A stretch of DNA of 64,000 bases from Longimicrobiales bacterium (GTDB taxonomy: Bacteria; Gemmatimonadota; Gemmatimonadetes; Longimicrobiales; RSA9): positions 12,326 through 76,325 of the forward strand of contig DASVDG010000114.1 of the NCBI GenBank assembly GCA_036381255.1. The letters are read 5' to 3'. The translations under genes and the position numbers were made by a program. This document shows, piece by piece, positions 47,643 through 57,315 of this stretch (its first letter is position 1; every line of letters begins with the position of its first letter). A model generated the notes under the pieces. The model searched no databases, had not been told where the DNA came from, and was given only the letters and a program-made list of their open reading frames with translations.

Positions 47643-49046
47643 TCAGCCGCGCCGGCCGGCGGCCTCCGCGTACAGCGCCTCGTACAGCGCGGCGGAGCGC
47701 CGCCACGAGCGGTCCAGCATCATGCAGCGCCGCCGCAGGGCGTCCCACCCCGGCGCCCGCCAGGCGGCGCAGGCGCGTTCGACGGCCGCCACGAGCGATT
47801 CGGGCGCCGGCGTCCGAAAGGCGTAGCCGGTCACGCCATCCTCGACGGTGTCGACCAACCCGCCCGTGTGCCGCACGACGGGCGGCGTGCCGTACCGCTG
47901 CGCGATCATCTGGCCGAGGCCGCACGGCTCGAAGAGCGATGGCATGAGGAAGAAATCGGCGCCGGCGTACATTCGCCGCGCGAGGCGGTCGTCGAAGCGG
48001 AAGAAAGCGGCGAGGCGGCGCGGGTGCGCGGCGACCGCATCCGAGAGCACCCGCTCGTAGCGCGCCTCTCCATCGCCGAGCACGGCCAGGCGCACCCCCC
48101 GGCGGAGCAGCTCCGGCAGCGCGGCGAGGACGAGGTCGATCCCCTTCTGGTGGACCAGCCGGGTGACCATGACGAAGAGCGGGCCGCGCCCGTCCAACCC
48201 CAGCTCGTGGAGCAGTTCCTCGCGGTTGCGCTCCTTGTGCCGGACGTGCTCCGCGTCGTATCGGGCCGGGATCGCGGCATCGCTCGCCGGGTTCCAGAGC
48301 TGCGGGTCGATCCCGTTCAGGATCCCGTGCAGATCGCGGCTCCGGTGTCGGAGCAGCCCGTCGAATCCGGCGCCGTACTCCGGCGTCTGGATCTCTTCCG
48401 CGTAGCGCGGCGACACCGTGTTGAGCCGGTCGCTCAACGCGAGGCCGGCTTTCAGGAAGGAGGCCGAGCCGTAGAACTCCACGCCCCGGTCGACGCGGAA
48501 GAACTCCCACGGGATCCCGACCTCCGGCAGCAGCGCCGGCGGGAAGTTCCCCTGGTACGCGAGGTTGTGGATCGTGAAGACGGTCGGCGCGCCGATGCCG
48601 TCGAGCTGGCCGTACACGGGGACCAGCCCGGTCGGCCAGTCGTTGAGGTGCACAACGTCGGCGCCCCACGCGCGCGCACGCTCGGCGACCGCGCGACCGA
48701 AGAACGCGAACCGGCGCCCCGCCGCGGCGCGGTCGAAGCGGGTCGCCCCGTACGGATCCCGGACGTCGAAGAAGTACGGCTGGTCGACGAACAGCGTCGG
48801 CGCCCCCGCCTGCGGGCGGTGCTCCAGGTAGCGCACGGCCATGTCCCCGCCCGGCCATGGGAGCCGATGAACGCCGACGACCTCGACCGGCGGCGGGGAT
48901 TCCCGGAGCATGCGATAGTACGGGTGCACGATCAGCACGTCGTGCCCCCGGTCCGCAAGCGCGTCCGGCAGCGCGCGGGCGACGTCCGCGAGCCCGCCCG
49001 TCTTCCAGAACGGGACCGCTTCGGACGTGGCGAACAGGATCCTCAC
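47643..49046 (-). CDS. glgA: glycogen synthase
   Basis: 467 aa, GTG start. RILFATSEAVPFWKTGGLADV (KTGGL motif). GT5 pattern throughout. Confidence 0.9.
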   Translation of the reverse strand: MRILFATSEAVPFWKTGGLADVARALPDALADRGHDVLIVHPYYRMLRESPPPVEVVGVHRLPWPGGDMAVRYLEHRPQAGAPTLFVDQPYFFDVRDPYGATRFDRAAAGRRFAFFGRAVAERARAWGADVVHLNDWPTGLVPVYGQLDGIGAPTVFTIHNLAYQGNFPPALLPEVGIPWEFFRVDRGVEFYGSASFLKAGLALSDRLNTVSPRYAEEIQTPEYGAGFDGLLRHRSRDLHGILNGIDPQLWNPASDAAIPARYDAEHVRHKERNREELLHELGLDGRGPLFVMVTRLVHQKGIDLVLAALPELLRRGVRLAVLGDGEARYERVLSDAVAAHPRRLAAFFRFDDRLARRMYAGADFFLMPSLFEPCGLGQMIAQRYGTPPVVRHTGGLVDTVEDGVTGYAFRTPAPESLVAAVERACAAWRAPGWDALRRRCMMLDRSWRRSAALYEALYAEAAGRRG

Positions 49047-49050
49047 CCGA

Positions 49051-49335
49051 TCAGTAGCTTCCCGTGGACAGGTGCCGGTTTCCGCTCACGCGCTCCTCGA
49101 GGACCAGCTCGCCGCCATCCGGGACCTGCTCCCCGATCGGGTGGTCGAGGTACAGCCCGTGTCCGGGCCGGTCCTCGCCCCGCCGCTTCAGGTGCCAGTG
49201 CCGCTTGTCGTCCGGGTCGATCCCGAAGTGGTACAGGCTGCGCAGAAGGAGCTGGTCCGCCCGCTCGTCGCCCGGTACGGCCGCGTGGTACACATCGGCC
49301 TCGTAGCGTACCGTCACCTTCAATGGCCTCGCCAT
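49051..49335 (-). CDS. hypothetical small protein, possibly a beta-grasp (ubiquitin-like) fold
   Basis: ATG 49335 with GAGGGAGG upstream. 94 aa. G/C-ending codons. Stop is 4 nt from the glgA start. Alternating-strand pattern LKVTVRYE...GLYLDHPIGEQVPDGGELVLEE. Confidence 0.55.
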   Translation of the reverse strand: MARPLKVTVRYEADVYHAAVPGDERADQLLLRSLYHFGIDPDDKRHWHLKRRGEDRPGHGLYLDHPIGEQVPDGGELVLEERVSGNRHLSTGSY

Positions 49336-49457
49336 GCCGCCTCCCTCTCGCTCGATCCCACGGGCGGGGGGTGCAAGCTCCACGCCTCGAGCGCGCGGGG
49401 CGCCCCGGTTCGGCCCCCGCCCACGCGACCTTGCCGACCACCTCCGGCGGCCTCCCT

Positions 49458-51371
49458 TCACGCCGCAAGCGCGCGCCAGATCGTCCATGCCAGGAACCCC
49501 GCCAGCGCTGCGTGGTGCCGTTCCGCGACCGGCGCGCCGGTATCCGGGTCGTACCAGCCGCAGGCGAGTCCGCCGTCCAGGCGGAGCGCCGCCAGTCGTG
49601 CGCGCGCCTCGTCGCGTCGGGGGCCGAGCAGATCCGCGCACGTCCCGGCCAGGCTCACCCACCCCGGATGACGCCGAGAGGCCAGCCCCGGGTGCTCCCG
49701 GTCCCCCAGCCAGAGCGGATTGCGATCGGATCGCAGCAGCTCCATCGTGTTGAGCCAGATCGGGTCGTCCGCGTCGCAGAAGCCGAGCTCCGGCAGCAGC
49801 GCGAGACTCGCTTCCGGGTCGTCGTACACCGCCGCCTCGCCCGCGAGGTCGGTGGACCACGCCAGGACGCGCAGCCCGTCGATCTCCGCGGTGCAATGCT
49901 GCCAGATCGCGGACTCCACTTCCTCGGCCGCGCCTCCGAAGTTCCTCGCGCCCCGCTCCCCCTCCGCCGCGCCGCCGTACCGGCCGAGCGCCACGCAGAG
50001 CGCGCGCACCAGTGCGTTGTCGTACGTCACGTACGGGTGTGCCGCCGGCTCCCCGGACGCCAGCGCCTCCGTCGACGCCAGCATCACTTCCGGGTGCAGC
50101 CGGTCCAACAGCAGGTCGTCCAGCTCCTCCAGCACCTGCGCGACGATCGGCTCCTCCAGCACGCCCTCGTCCTGTGTCGCCTCGATGTACCGATCCAGCG
50201 CCACCGCGTACGCGCAGAAGTGAGCGAGCACGAACTCCGGCGCCAGGACGGTGCCGTCCAGGTAGTGACCCCGGGCGCCCGGTCGATGGGAGTACTGCTC
50301 GAACGCGCGCAACAGCGCCTCCCGCGCCGTCGCCGGGTCGGCGAGCTGGAGCGCCGGCAGGCTCCACAGCAGCGCATCCCGTTCGCGAAACACCGCCGTG
50401 GTCCCGCACAGCGGCGACCGCGAGACCAGTGGGTACAGCCGGTCGTCGTCCACCGCGCGGCCGACGGCGTAGAACACGTTGAACAGCAGGTTACGATTGA
50501 ACGGCCCGGCCAGCGCCGCATCCCGGATCGGCCGCACCATCTGCGAGAGGTGCAGCCGACCCAGTCGCAGCAGCTCGGCCGCGCCGATCCGCCTCAGCGA
50601 CTCCGCGCGCGCCAGCGCGCCGTCCCGCTCCACCGCCACGGCCAGGAAGAACGACGCCGCGGCGCGCTTCCCGGCCGCGACGGTGAGCGTGCGCGCGATC
50701 CGCACGCACACCGGACGACCGTTCGGGACCTCCACCTCGCCCCCACCCATCCGCCCGATCCCCGGCTCCGCCGGCTCCGCCGGCGCCGCCTCGCACCTCA
50801 CGGCCCCGCCCGACGCCGTCACCGCCAGCGCCGCGAGCCCCGGCTCGCCGCCCATCTCGAGCACGAGTCCGCGCCCGCCCGCGCCCACCACCACCCGGTT
50901 CGCCGCCGTGAGCGGCCGGCTCGTCTCGATCGTCCGCAGCGACCACCGCCACGTTCCGGCAAGCCCGACCTCCAACGTGCGGTCGCGCCCCGTCCGGTTC
51001 TCGACCTCCAGCGTGTAGACCGCGCCGGGGAGCAGCAGCTCCCCGCCGCCCGGCGCACACAACGTCCCCCGCACCTCCAGCCCGGGCTCCACCTCCGCCC
51101 GGAACCGCGGGATCCATCGGTCGAGCCGCTCCCACGCCAGACCGTGCGGCTCGAGGACGCGCCCGTCCTCCCGGACCTCGGGGACGAGCACGCCGCCCCC
51201 CGTTTCGGCCCCCGGCGCGCGCTCCGCCGCCCACTCCAACAACCCCAGCGCGCCCCGGTGCAGCACGTTCAGTCGATGGATCCCCCCGTCCCGCGGCGAT
51301 ATCGCCGGGATCGCGATGTAATGGTTCCCCGTGACCTCCCAATCCACCGCCCCGGCCGCCACTTCCGCCAT
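49458..51371 (-). CDS. GH125-like (DUF1237) (alpha/alpha)6-barrel glycoside hydrolase family protein with a roughly 200-aa N-terminal extension
   Basis: ATG 51371 with GGAGGGGG upstream. 637 aa. C-terminal YDDPEASLALLPELGF..DDPIWLNTMELLRS..NPLW resembles my recollection of the GH125 motif DDANVPSLLSLPYLGY..DP.Y.NTR.F.LS..NP.YF. The 842-aa track ORF is an over-extension. Confidence 0.45.
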   Translation of the reverse strand: MAEVAAGAVDWEVTGNHYIAIPAISPRDGGIHRLNVLHRGALGLLEWAAERAPGAETGGGVLVPEVREDGRVLEPHGLAWERLDRWIPRFRAEVEPGLEVRGTLCAPGGGELLLPGAVYTLEVENRTGRDRTLEVGLAGTWRWSLRTIETSRPLTAANRVVVGAGGRGLVLEMGGEPGLAALAVTASGGAVRCEAAPAEPAEPGIGRMGGGEVEVPNGRPVCVRIARTLTVAAGKRAAASFFLAVAVERDGALARAESLRRIGAAELLRLGRLHLSQMVRPIRDAALAGPFNRNLLFNVFYAVGRAVDDDRLYPLVSRSPLCGTTAVFRERDALLWSLPALQLADPATAREALLRAFEQYSHRPGARGHYLDGTVLAPEFVLAHFCAYAVALDRYIEATQDEGVLEEPIVAQVLEELDDLLLDRLHPEVMLASTEALASGEPAAHPYVTYDNALVRALCVALGRYGGAAEGERGARNFGGAAEEVESAIWQHCTAEIDGLRVLAWSTDLAGEAAVYDDPEASLALLPELGFCDADDPIWLNTMELLRSDRNPLWLGDREHPGLASRRHPGWVSLAGTCADLLGPRRDEARARLAALRLDGGLACGWYDPDTGAPVAERHHAALAGFLAWTIWRALAA

Positions 51372-51505
51372 CGTCGCCCCCTCCGTCCTGACCCGCTCCC
51401 GACCCGCGCTCCGGTCGACCGGCGAAGTATGGCCGGCACCGCCGCCGCGCGTCAATCGGGGCGCCCTGCCGTGCGCTGCCGGAGCCCCGGTGGCGCGGCA
51501 TTTCC

Positions 51506-51535
51506 TTGACGCCGCCTTCGTCCAGGCTCTATATT
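51506..51535 (+). promoter_or_regulatory. candidate sigma-70-type promoter of the TonB-dependent receptor gene
   Basis: TTGACG - 18 nt - TATATT, about 200 nt upstream of the ATG. Confidence 0.5.
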
Positions 51536-51738
51536 GGCCCTCGACATCAGCCTTTCGAACGTCCGTTCGGATGGCGATTTCCGCTGACGGCGGCGGGACA
51601 ACCGGCTGTTGGCCCGCGCCGCTCTCCCCAAACACACGGTAAAGAGGCTCGCGCGGGCGACGCTGCCCGCGTCGAATGCGACCCGCCCGGCGCGGCCGGG
51701 CGGGTCCACGTCGCACCCTGATCAGATGAGGGAACTTC

Positions 51739-54573
51739 ATGGGCGTCAAAATCCGGACATGCCTCCCGGCCGTCCTTGGCCTGGCGCTGCTCGGCGCGGG
51801 GCCGGCATGGGCACAGACAGGCTCCATCACGGGCCGCGTGACGGATGCCGAGACGGGCGCGCCGCTGGCGGGTGCCCAGGTCGAAGCGGTCGCGGGCGGC
51901 CAGGTCGCGGCGAGCGGCCTGTCGGATGAGAACGGCCAGTACCGCCTGACCGACCTCCAGGCGGGAACGTACTCGATCGTCGTCACGCTCGTCGGCTACG
52001 GCACCCGGCAGGTCGACGGCGTGCGGGTCGTGGCCGGCGGCACGAGCATGCAGGCCGTTGCGCTGACGGCGGCCGCGTTCGAGCTGAACCCGATCATCGT
52101 CTCGGCCTCGAAGCGGCAGGAGAAGGTGCTGGACGCGCCGGCCTCCGTCGCCGTCGTCGACTCACGCACCGTCGAGGAACGGCCCGTCACGACGCCCGTC
52201 GACCACCTGCGCTCGGTGCCCGGCGTCGACATCGCCACGCACGGCGTCCAGTCGACCACCGTCGTCGCCCGCGGCTTCAACAACATCTTCTCGGGCTCGC
52301 TGCATGCGCTGACGGACAACCGCATCGCGGGCGTGCCCTCGCTGCGCGTGAACGTGCTCCACTTCATCCCGTCGACGAACGAGGACGTCGAGCGGATGGA
52401 GGTCGTGCTCGGCCCCGGCGCCGCGCTCTACGGCCCGAACACGGCCGACGGCGTGCTGCACATCATCACGAAGTCGCCGCTCGACGAGCAGGGCACGAGC
52501 GTCTCCATCGCCGGTGGCACGCAGAGCGTGCTCAACGGCTCGTTCCGCACCGCCCAGCTCCTGGGCGACGACTTCGGCATCAAGCTGTCGGGCCAGTTCT
52601 TCCAGGCCGAAGAGTGGCCCTACGTGGATCCGGTCGAGCAGGCGGAGCGCGAGAAGTTCGACAACGACACCGGCTTCTTCCGCCAGGACCTCATGAACGC
52701 GACCGGGATCGACCTGGCGGAGGCGAATCGCCGGATCGCGCTCATCGGCAATCGCGACTACGACGTTCAGCGGTTCGGCGCCGACCTGCGCGCCGACTGG
52801 CGCGTCAACGACGACCTCACCACCATCCTCGCCGCCGGCTTCACCAACGTCGGCAGCGGGATCGAGCTGACCGGCCTCGGCGCGGCGCAGGCCAAGGACT
52901 GGACGTACAGCTACGTGCAGGCGCGCGCCACGTGGGGCCGCTTCTTTGCCCAGGCGTACGCGAACATGAGCGACGCCGGCGAGACCTACCTCCTGCGCAA
53001 CGGCGCGCCGATCACGGACCGCTCGAAGCTTTACGTCGCCCAGCTCCAGCACGGCCTCTCGCTCGGCGACCGCCAGGACCTCACCTACGGCCTCGACTTC
53101 CTGTACACGAACCCGGTCACCGAGCGGTCGATCAACGGCGGCTACGAGGACGACGACGAGACGACCGAGTTCGGCGCGTACCTCCAGTCGGAGACGTCGC
53201 TGACCGACCAGCTCGAACTGGTCCTCGCCGGCCGTCTCGACACCCACTCGGCGCTCCCCGAGGCGATCTTCTCGCCCCGCGCCGCGCTGGTCTTCCAGCC
53301 GACCGAGACGCACGCGTTCCGCCTGACTTACAACCGCGCGTTCTCGACGCCCAGCTCGCTGAACCAGTTCCTGGACCTCGGCAGCGCGATCCCGAACGAG
53401 GACCTCGCCCGACTCGGCTACAGCCTGCGCGTCCAGGGGACGGGCGCGGACGGCTTCTCGTTCGTCGGGCCCGATGGGCTGTACCGGATGCGGTCGCCGT
53501 TCAACGTGCTCGCGGGCGGATCCAACGCCGAGCTGCTCACGGTGAACGCCGCCACGGCGTTCAACCGCGCGATCCAGGCGCTGGCCTACCAGGCGGCGCT
53601 GGCCGGGACGCCGCTGGACCCGAACCTGGTCGCGTTCCTCTCCGGCCTGACGCCGACCGACGATCAGATCCCGCTGGCGTACCTGGACGTGAACAACGTC
53701 GCGGCGGGGCCGCAGCCGCTCTCGGAGCTCCAGCTCACGGACCTCGACCCGATCCGCGAGTCCACTTCGACTACGATCGAGGCGGGGTACAAGGGCGTAC
53801 TCGGCGACCGGCTCCTGCTTGCCGCGGACCTCTGGTATTCGCGCATGGAGGACATGGTCACCCCGCTCACGATCCAGACGCCGCTCATCCTGCTGGACGG
53901 CGCGAGCACTGCGGCGTACCTCGTGCCGCAGCTCACGCAGTTCTTCATGGCGGCGGGCATGTCGGAGGCAGAGGCTCAGGCCCAGGCCGCGGCCGTCGCG
54001 GGCCAGATCACGCCGACGCTGGCCAGCATCCCGGTCGGCGTCATCTCGTCGGACGACATCCACGCCAACGGGGCGCAGCTCCTGACCACGTACATCAACG
54101 TGGATGATGCGTTCGACGTCTACGGCCTCGACCTCGCGGCCACGATGCTGATCGCGGACGAGTGGTCACTCAGCGGCACGCTCTCGCTGGTCAACGAAAA
54201 CCTGTTCGAAACCGACCGCGGCGAGGAGGTCACGCTGAACGCGCCGAAGACGAAGGGCACCATCTCGGTGGCGTACCGGGGCGCGTCGAACGGCCTGAAC
54301 GCCGAGCTGCGTGCGCGCTACAACGATTCGTTCCCGGTGCGCTCCGGCGTCTACAACGGCACGCAGTGCCTCGGCGAATCGGCGGAGTCCGGTGCCGAGC
54401 CCTGCGTCGATTCCTCCACGCTGCTCGACGTCGTCCTCGGCTACGATCTGCCGTTCCAGGGCGCCTCGCTCCAGCTCAGCGTCCAGAACCTGCTGGACGA
54501 GGACTACCGGAGCTTCCCCGGCACCCCGACGATCGGCCGGATGGCGCTCCTTCAGTTGAAGTACGAGTTCTAG
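51739..54573 (+). CDS. TonB-dependent receptor with an N-terminal carboxypeptidase-regulatory-like domain
   Basis: 944 aa. Signal peptide ...GPAWAQ, GSITGRVTD.ETG.PL.GA.V (CarboxypepD_reg), plug (VEVVLGPGAALYGPNTADGVLHIITK), long beta-barrel ending ...LQLKYEF. Confidence 0.88.
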   Translation: MGVKIRTCLPAVLGLALLGAGPAWAQTGSITGRVTDAETGAPLAGAQVEAVAGGQVAASGLSDENGQYRLTDLQAGTYSIVVTLVGYGTRQVDGVRVVAGGTSMQAVALTAAAFELNPIIVSASKRQEKVLDAPASVAVVDSRTVEERPVTTPVDHLRSVPGVDIATHGVQSTTVVARGFNNIFSGSLHALTDNRIAGVPSLRVNVLHFIPSTNEDVERMEVVLGPGAALYGPNTADGVLHIITKSPLDEQGTSVSIAGGTQSVLNGSFRTAQLLGDDFGIKLSGQFFQAEEWPYVDPVEQAEREKFDNDTGFFRQDLMNATGIDLAEANRRIALIGNRDYDVQRFGADLRADWRVNDDLTTILAAGFTNVGSGIELTGLGAAQAKDWTYSYVQARATWGRFFAQAYANMSDAGETYLLRNGAPITDRSKLYVAQLQHGLSLGDRQDLTYGLDFLYTNPVTERSINGGYEDDDETTEFGAYLQSETSLTDQLELVLAGRLDTHSALPEAIFSPRAALVFQPTETHAFRLTYNRAFSTPSSLNQFLDLGSAIPNEDLARLGYSLRVQGTGADGFSFVGPDGLYRMRSPFNVLAGGSNAELLTVNAATAFNRAIQALAYQAALAGTPLDPNLVAFLSGLTPTDDQIPLAYLDVNNVAAGPQPLSELQLTDLDPIRESTSTTIEAGYKGVLGDRLLLAADLWYSRMEDMVTPLTIQTPLILLDGASTAAYLVPQLTQFFMAAGMSEAEAQAQAAAVAGQITPTLASIPVGVISSDDIHANGAQLLTTYINVDDAFDVYGLDLAATMLIADEWSLSGTLSLVNENLFETDRGEEVTLNAPKTKGTISVAYRGASNGLNAELRARYNDSFPVRSGVYNGTQCLGESAESGAEPCVDSSTLLDVVLGYDLPFQGASLQLSVQNLLDEDYRSFPGTPTIGRMALLQLKYEF

Positions 54574-54606
54574 GCCAGGTCTTGGATCGACCGGAAGCGT
54601 GCCGGA

Positions 54607-54628
54607 GCGCCGGGGGTCTCCCCGGCGC
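54607..54628 (+). terminator. hairpin after the TonB receptor gene
   Basis: GCGCCGGGG-GTCT-CCCCGGCGC. No U-tract. Confidence 0.4.
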
Positions 54629-54642
54629 ACGCCCGGCAAACG

Positions 54643-54677
54643 GAAGCGGCGCGGTGGACGTACCACCGCGCCGCTTC
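54643..54677 (-). terminator. hairpin after recN (convergent gene pair)
   Basis: GAAGCGGCGCGGTGG-ACGTA-CCACCGCGCCGCTTC, a 15-bp stem. On the minus strand it is followed by CGTTTG. Confidence 0.55.
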
Positions 54678-54699
54678 GTCATCCGGGTCGCGGGCCTCG

Positions 54700-56367
54700 C
54701 TACCGCGCCGCGACGCCCAGCAGCTCGCGCGCGTGCTCGAGGCTGGTCGGACTCTCCGGATCGCCGCCGAGCATGCGGGCGAGCTCCCGGACGCGATCGC
54801 CGTCCAGCAGCTCGGTCACCGTGGTGATCGCCACGCCGTCGCGCTCGCCCTTTTCCACGCGCAGATGGTGGTCCGCGCGGCACGCGATCTGGGCCAGGTG
54901 CGTGATCACGAAGACCTGGTGGTGATCGGCGACCTGCCGGAGCTTCTCCCCCACCTTGTGCCCCACCTGCCCGCCGATCCCCGTGTCGATCTCGTCGAAG
55001 ACGAGGGACGGCACACGGTCGAGCCGCGCGAGGATCGTCTTGAGCGCGAGCATGATCCGCGACAGCTCGCCGCCGGACGCCACGCGCGCCAGCGGCCGCG
55101 GCTCGAAGCCGGCGTTGAGGGCGACGCGGAACTCGACGGCCTCGGCGCCGTCCGCCGCGATCTCGTCGAGCGGATCGAGCGCGACCTCGAACCGGCCGCC
55201 CGGCAGCCCGAGCTCCGGCAGGATCGCGTCGACCTCGGCCGAGAGCCGGTCTGCGGCCTCGCGGCGCAACGCCGTCAGGCGCGCCGCGAGCGATTCCAGC
55301 GCGTCACGCGCCGCGGCCTCCGCCTTCTCCAGCTCCCGCCGCTCGAGGCCGCCGCTGTCGATCAGCTCCAGCTCCTCGCGGGCGCGGCGGCCCGTCTCGA
55401 TCACGTCGGCGAGCGTCGGGCCGTACTTCGTCTTGAGGCGGAAGATCAGGTCCTGGCGCCGCCGGATCTCGTCGAGGCGGACCGGGTCGTGCTCGACCAT
55501 CGCGGCGTATTCGCCCATGCGGCGCCCGAGCTCCTCGACGTTGTAGTACGCGCTCTCCAGCAGCTCGCCGGCGTCCCGCTGCGACGGGTCGATGCGGAGC
55601 AGGTGGTCGAGCACGCGTCGCAATTCGCCGAGCGTCGAGGTGACCGAGTCCTCGGCCGCGTACAGCGCCTGGTGCAGCCGCCCCGAGAGGCGCGCCAGAT
55701 CCTCGGCGTGCTCGAGGCGGTTCGCCTCCTCGTCGAGCTGCTCCTCCTCGTCCGGCTTGAGCTTCGCCTTCTCGATCTCCTCCGCCTGGAACCGCAGGAA
55801 ATCCGCGCGCTGCTCGACCTCGCGACGGCGCCGGTCCAGCTCGGCGAGCGCCCGCCGCGCGTCGCTGAGCCGCGCGTGCGCCGCGCGAACCCCGCCCGCC
55901 AGGTCCGTCGCCCCGGCGAACGCATCCAGGATCGCCCGCTGCTCTTCCGGGCGCACCAGCGTCTGGTGCTCGTGCTGGCCGTGCAGGTCGATGAGCCGGC
56001 GGCCGAGCTCGCCGAGGAACGCCGCCGTCGCGGCCGAGCCGTTGACCCACGCCCGGTTCCGCCCCTCCGCCGCCACCTCCCGCCGCAGGATGGCCAGCCC
56101 GTCCTCGGCCTCCAGCCCCTGCGCCCGGAGCAGCTCGAGCACCTCCGGCCGGTCGGCCACGTCGAAGACGCCCTCGATCGTCGCCCGGTCCGCGCCGGCG
56201 CGCACGTACTCCGCCGATGCCCGCTCACCGAGCAGCAGCGAAAGCGCGCCGACGATGATCGACTTCCCCGCGCCGGTCTCGCCCGTGAGCACGTTCAGCC
56301 CCGGCTCGAGCCGCACGGCGAGACTGTCGATCACCGCGTAGTTCTGGATCCGCAACTCGATCAGCAT
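54700..56367 (-). CDS. recN: DNA repair protein RecN
   Basis: Start MLIELRIQNYAVID at 56367. Walker A LTGETGAGKS, long coiled coil, and C-terminal ASGGELSRIMLALK / LVFDEIDTGIGG. Confidence 0.9.
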   Translation of the reverse strand: MLIELRIQNYAVIDSLAVRLEPGLNVLTGETGAGKSIIVGALSLLLGERASAEYVRAGADRATIEGVFDVADRPEVLELLRAQGLEAEDGLAILRREVAAEGRNRAWVNGSAATAAFLGELGRRLIDLHGQHEHQTLVRPEEQRAILDAFAGATDLAGGVRAAHARLSDARRALAELDRRRREVEQRADFLRFQAEEIEKAKLKPDEEEQLDEEANRLEHAEDLARLSGRLHQALYAAEDSVTSTLGELRRVLDHLLRIDPSQRDAGELLESAYYNVEELGRRMGEYAAMVEHDPVRLDEIRRRQDLIFRLKTKYGPTLADVIETGRRAREELELIDSGGLERRELEKAEAAARDALESLAARLTALRREAADRLSAEVDAILPELGLPGGRFEVALDPLDEIAADGAEAVEFRVALNAGFEPRPLARVASGGELSRIMLALKTILARLDRVPSLVFDEIDTGIGGQVGHKVGEKLRQVADHHQVFVITHLAQIACRADHHLRVEKGERDGVAITTVTELLDGDRVRELARMLGGDPESPTSLEHARELLGVAAR

Positions 56368-56427
56368 GGCCTGAGTATACCCGCCCGGGATCGGGCGGTT
56401 CAATAGGAGTCCGGGGCGGGATCCGGC

Positions 56428-57315
56428 TCAGGCGCTCCCGGCCCGGCCGATCCCCCAATGCAGCTTCCGGCGCAGCGTGGAGAAGAAGCTCTGCCCGGGA
56501 AGCCGGACCAGCGGGACCTCCGCCGCGCCCCGGCGGACGACGACGCGGTCGCCGGGGCGCAGCGTCCCGCCCTCCTGCCCGTCGATCGTGAGGATGATCT
56601 CCTCGCTCGGCGTGAGGACCTCGACCGTGATCTCGGTCGAGGCCGGGACGACCAGCGGGCGCACCGCCAGCGTGTGGGGGCAGATCGGGGTCGCGAGGAT
56701 GCAGTCGACCGACGGCACCACGATCGGGCCGCCGGCCGAAAGCGAGTACGCCGTCGAACCCGTCGGCGTGGAGAGGATGACGCCGTCGGCGCTGTAGTTG
56801 CCCACGACCTCCCGCTCCTCGCCGACCGAGACCGCCAGCCGGACGACCCGCGCGAAGCCGCCCTTGTGCAGGACGGCATCGTTCAGTGCGATGTACGACG
56901 CGCCGACCGTCGCGCCGTCGTGGACGACGCGCGTCTCGAGCGTGAAGCGGCGGTCCAGCCAGTAGTCGCCGGCGAGGACCCGTTCCAGCGCCGTCCGCAG
57001 CTCGTCCGGGGCGACCGAGGTCAGGAAGCCGAGATACCCCAGGTTCACGCCGAGCACCGGCGTGTGGTGGGGCGCCACGAGGCGCGCGCCGCGCAGCAGC
57101 GTGCCGTCGCCGCCCAACGTGAGCATCAGGTCGACGCCGTCGGCGCGGAACACACCCGCCTCGGGCACCAGCGGACGGACCGGGTCTTCCGCGAAGATCT
57201 CGAGTCCGTACGCCGCGGCGAAGTCCGACACGGTCTCGAGCGCCGCTTCGAGGCCGTCGTACCCCACGTGGCCGACGACGGCGATGCGACGGAAGCGCCG
57301 GTCGTCGGCGGACAT
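56428..57315 (-). CDS. nadK: NAD+ kinase
   Basis: LTLGGDGTLLRG (GGDG motif), GVNLGYLGFL and TPTGSTAYSLSAGGPIV. ATG 57315 (or GTG 57318) overlaps the dxs stop. Confidence 0.88.
   Translation of the reverse strand: MSADDRRFRRIAVVGHVGYDGLEAALETVSDFAAAYGLEIFAEDPVRPLVPEAGVFRADGVDLMLTLGGDGTLLRGARLVAPHHTPVLGVNLGYLGFLTSVAPDELRTALERVLAGDYWLDRRFTLETRVVHDGATVGASYIALNDAVLHKGGFARVVRLAVSVGEEREVVGNYSADGVILSTPTGSTAYSLSAGGPIVVPSVDCILATPICPHTLAVRPLVVPASTEITVEVLTPSEEIILTIDGQEGGTLRPGDRVVVRRGAAEVPLVRLPGQSFFSTLRRKLHWGIGRAGSA

Noticed and set aside
47553-51509. 1318-aa plus-strand ORF, the longest in the track
   Set aside because: It is antisense to glgA, the small ORF and the GH125-like gene, all of which have recognisable motifs. 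Its translation is Arg/Pro/Ala-rich low complexity with no motifs. This is a typical high-GC antisense artefact. The same reasoning applies to 334-1602(+), 2386-4227(+), 4374-6245(+), 17151-20006(+), 40719-43607(+), 52162-54063(-) and similar ORFs.
51536-51738. Known riboswitch (cobalamin, TPP, others) in the TonB receptor leader
   Set aside because: None of the conserved cores I can recall (B12 box GCCACTG, THI box CTGAGA, and others) is present. It is retained only as a generic structured-leader observation.
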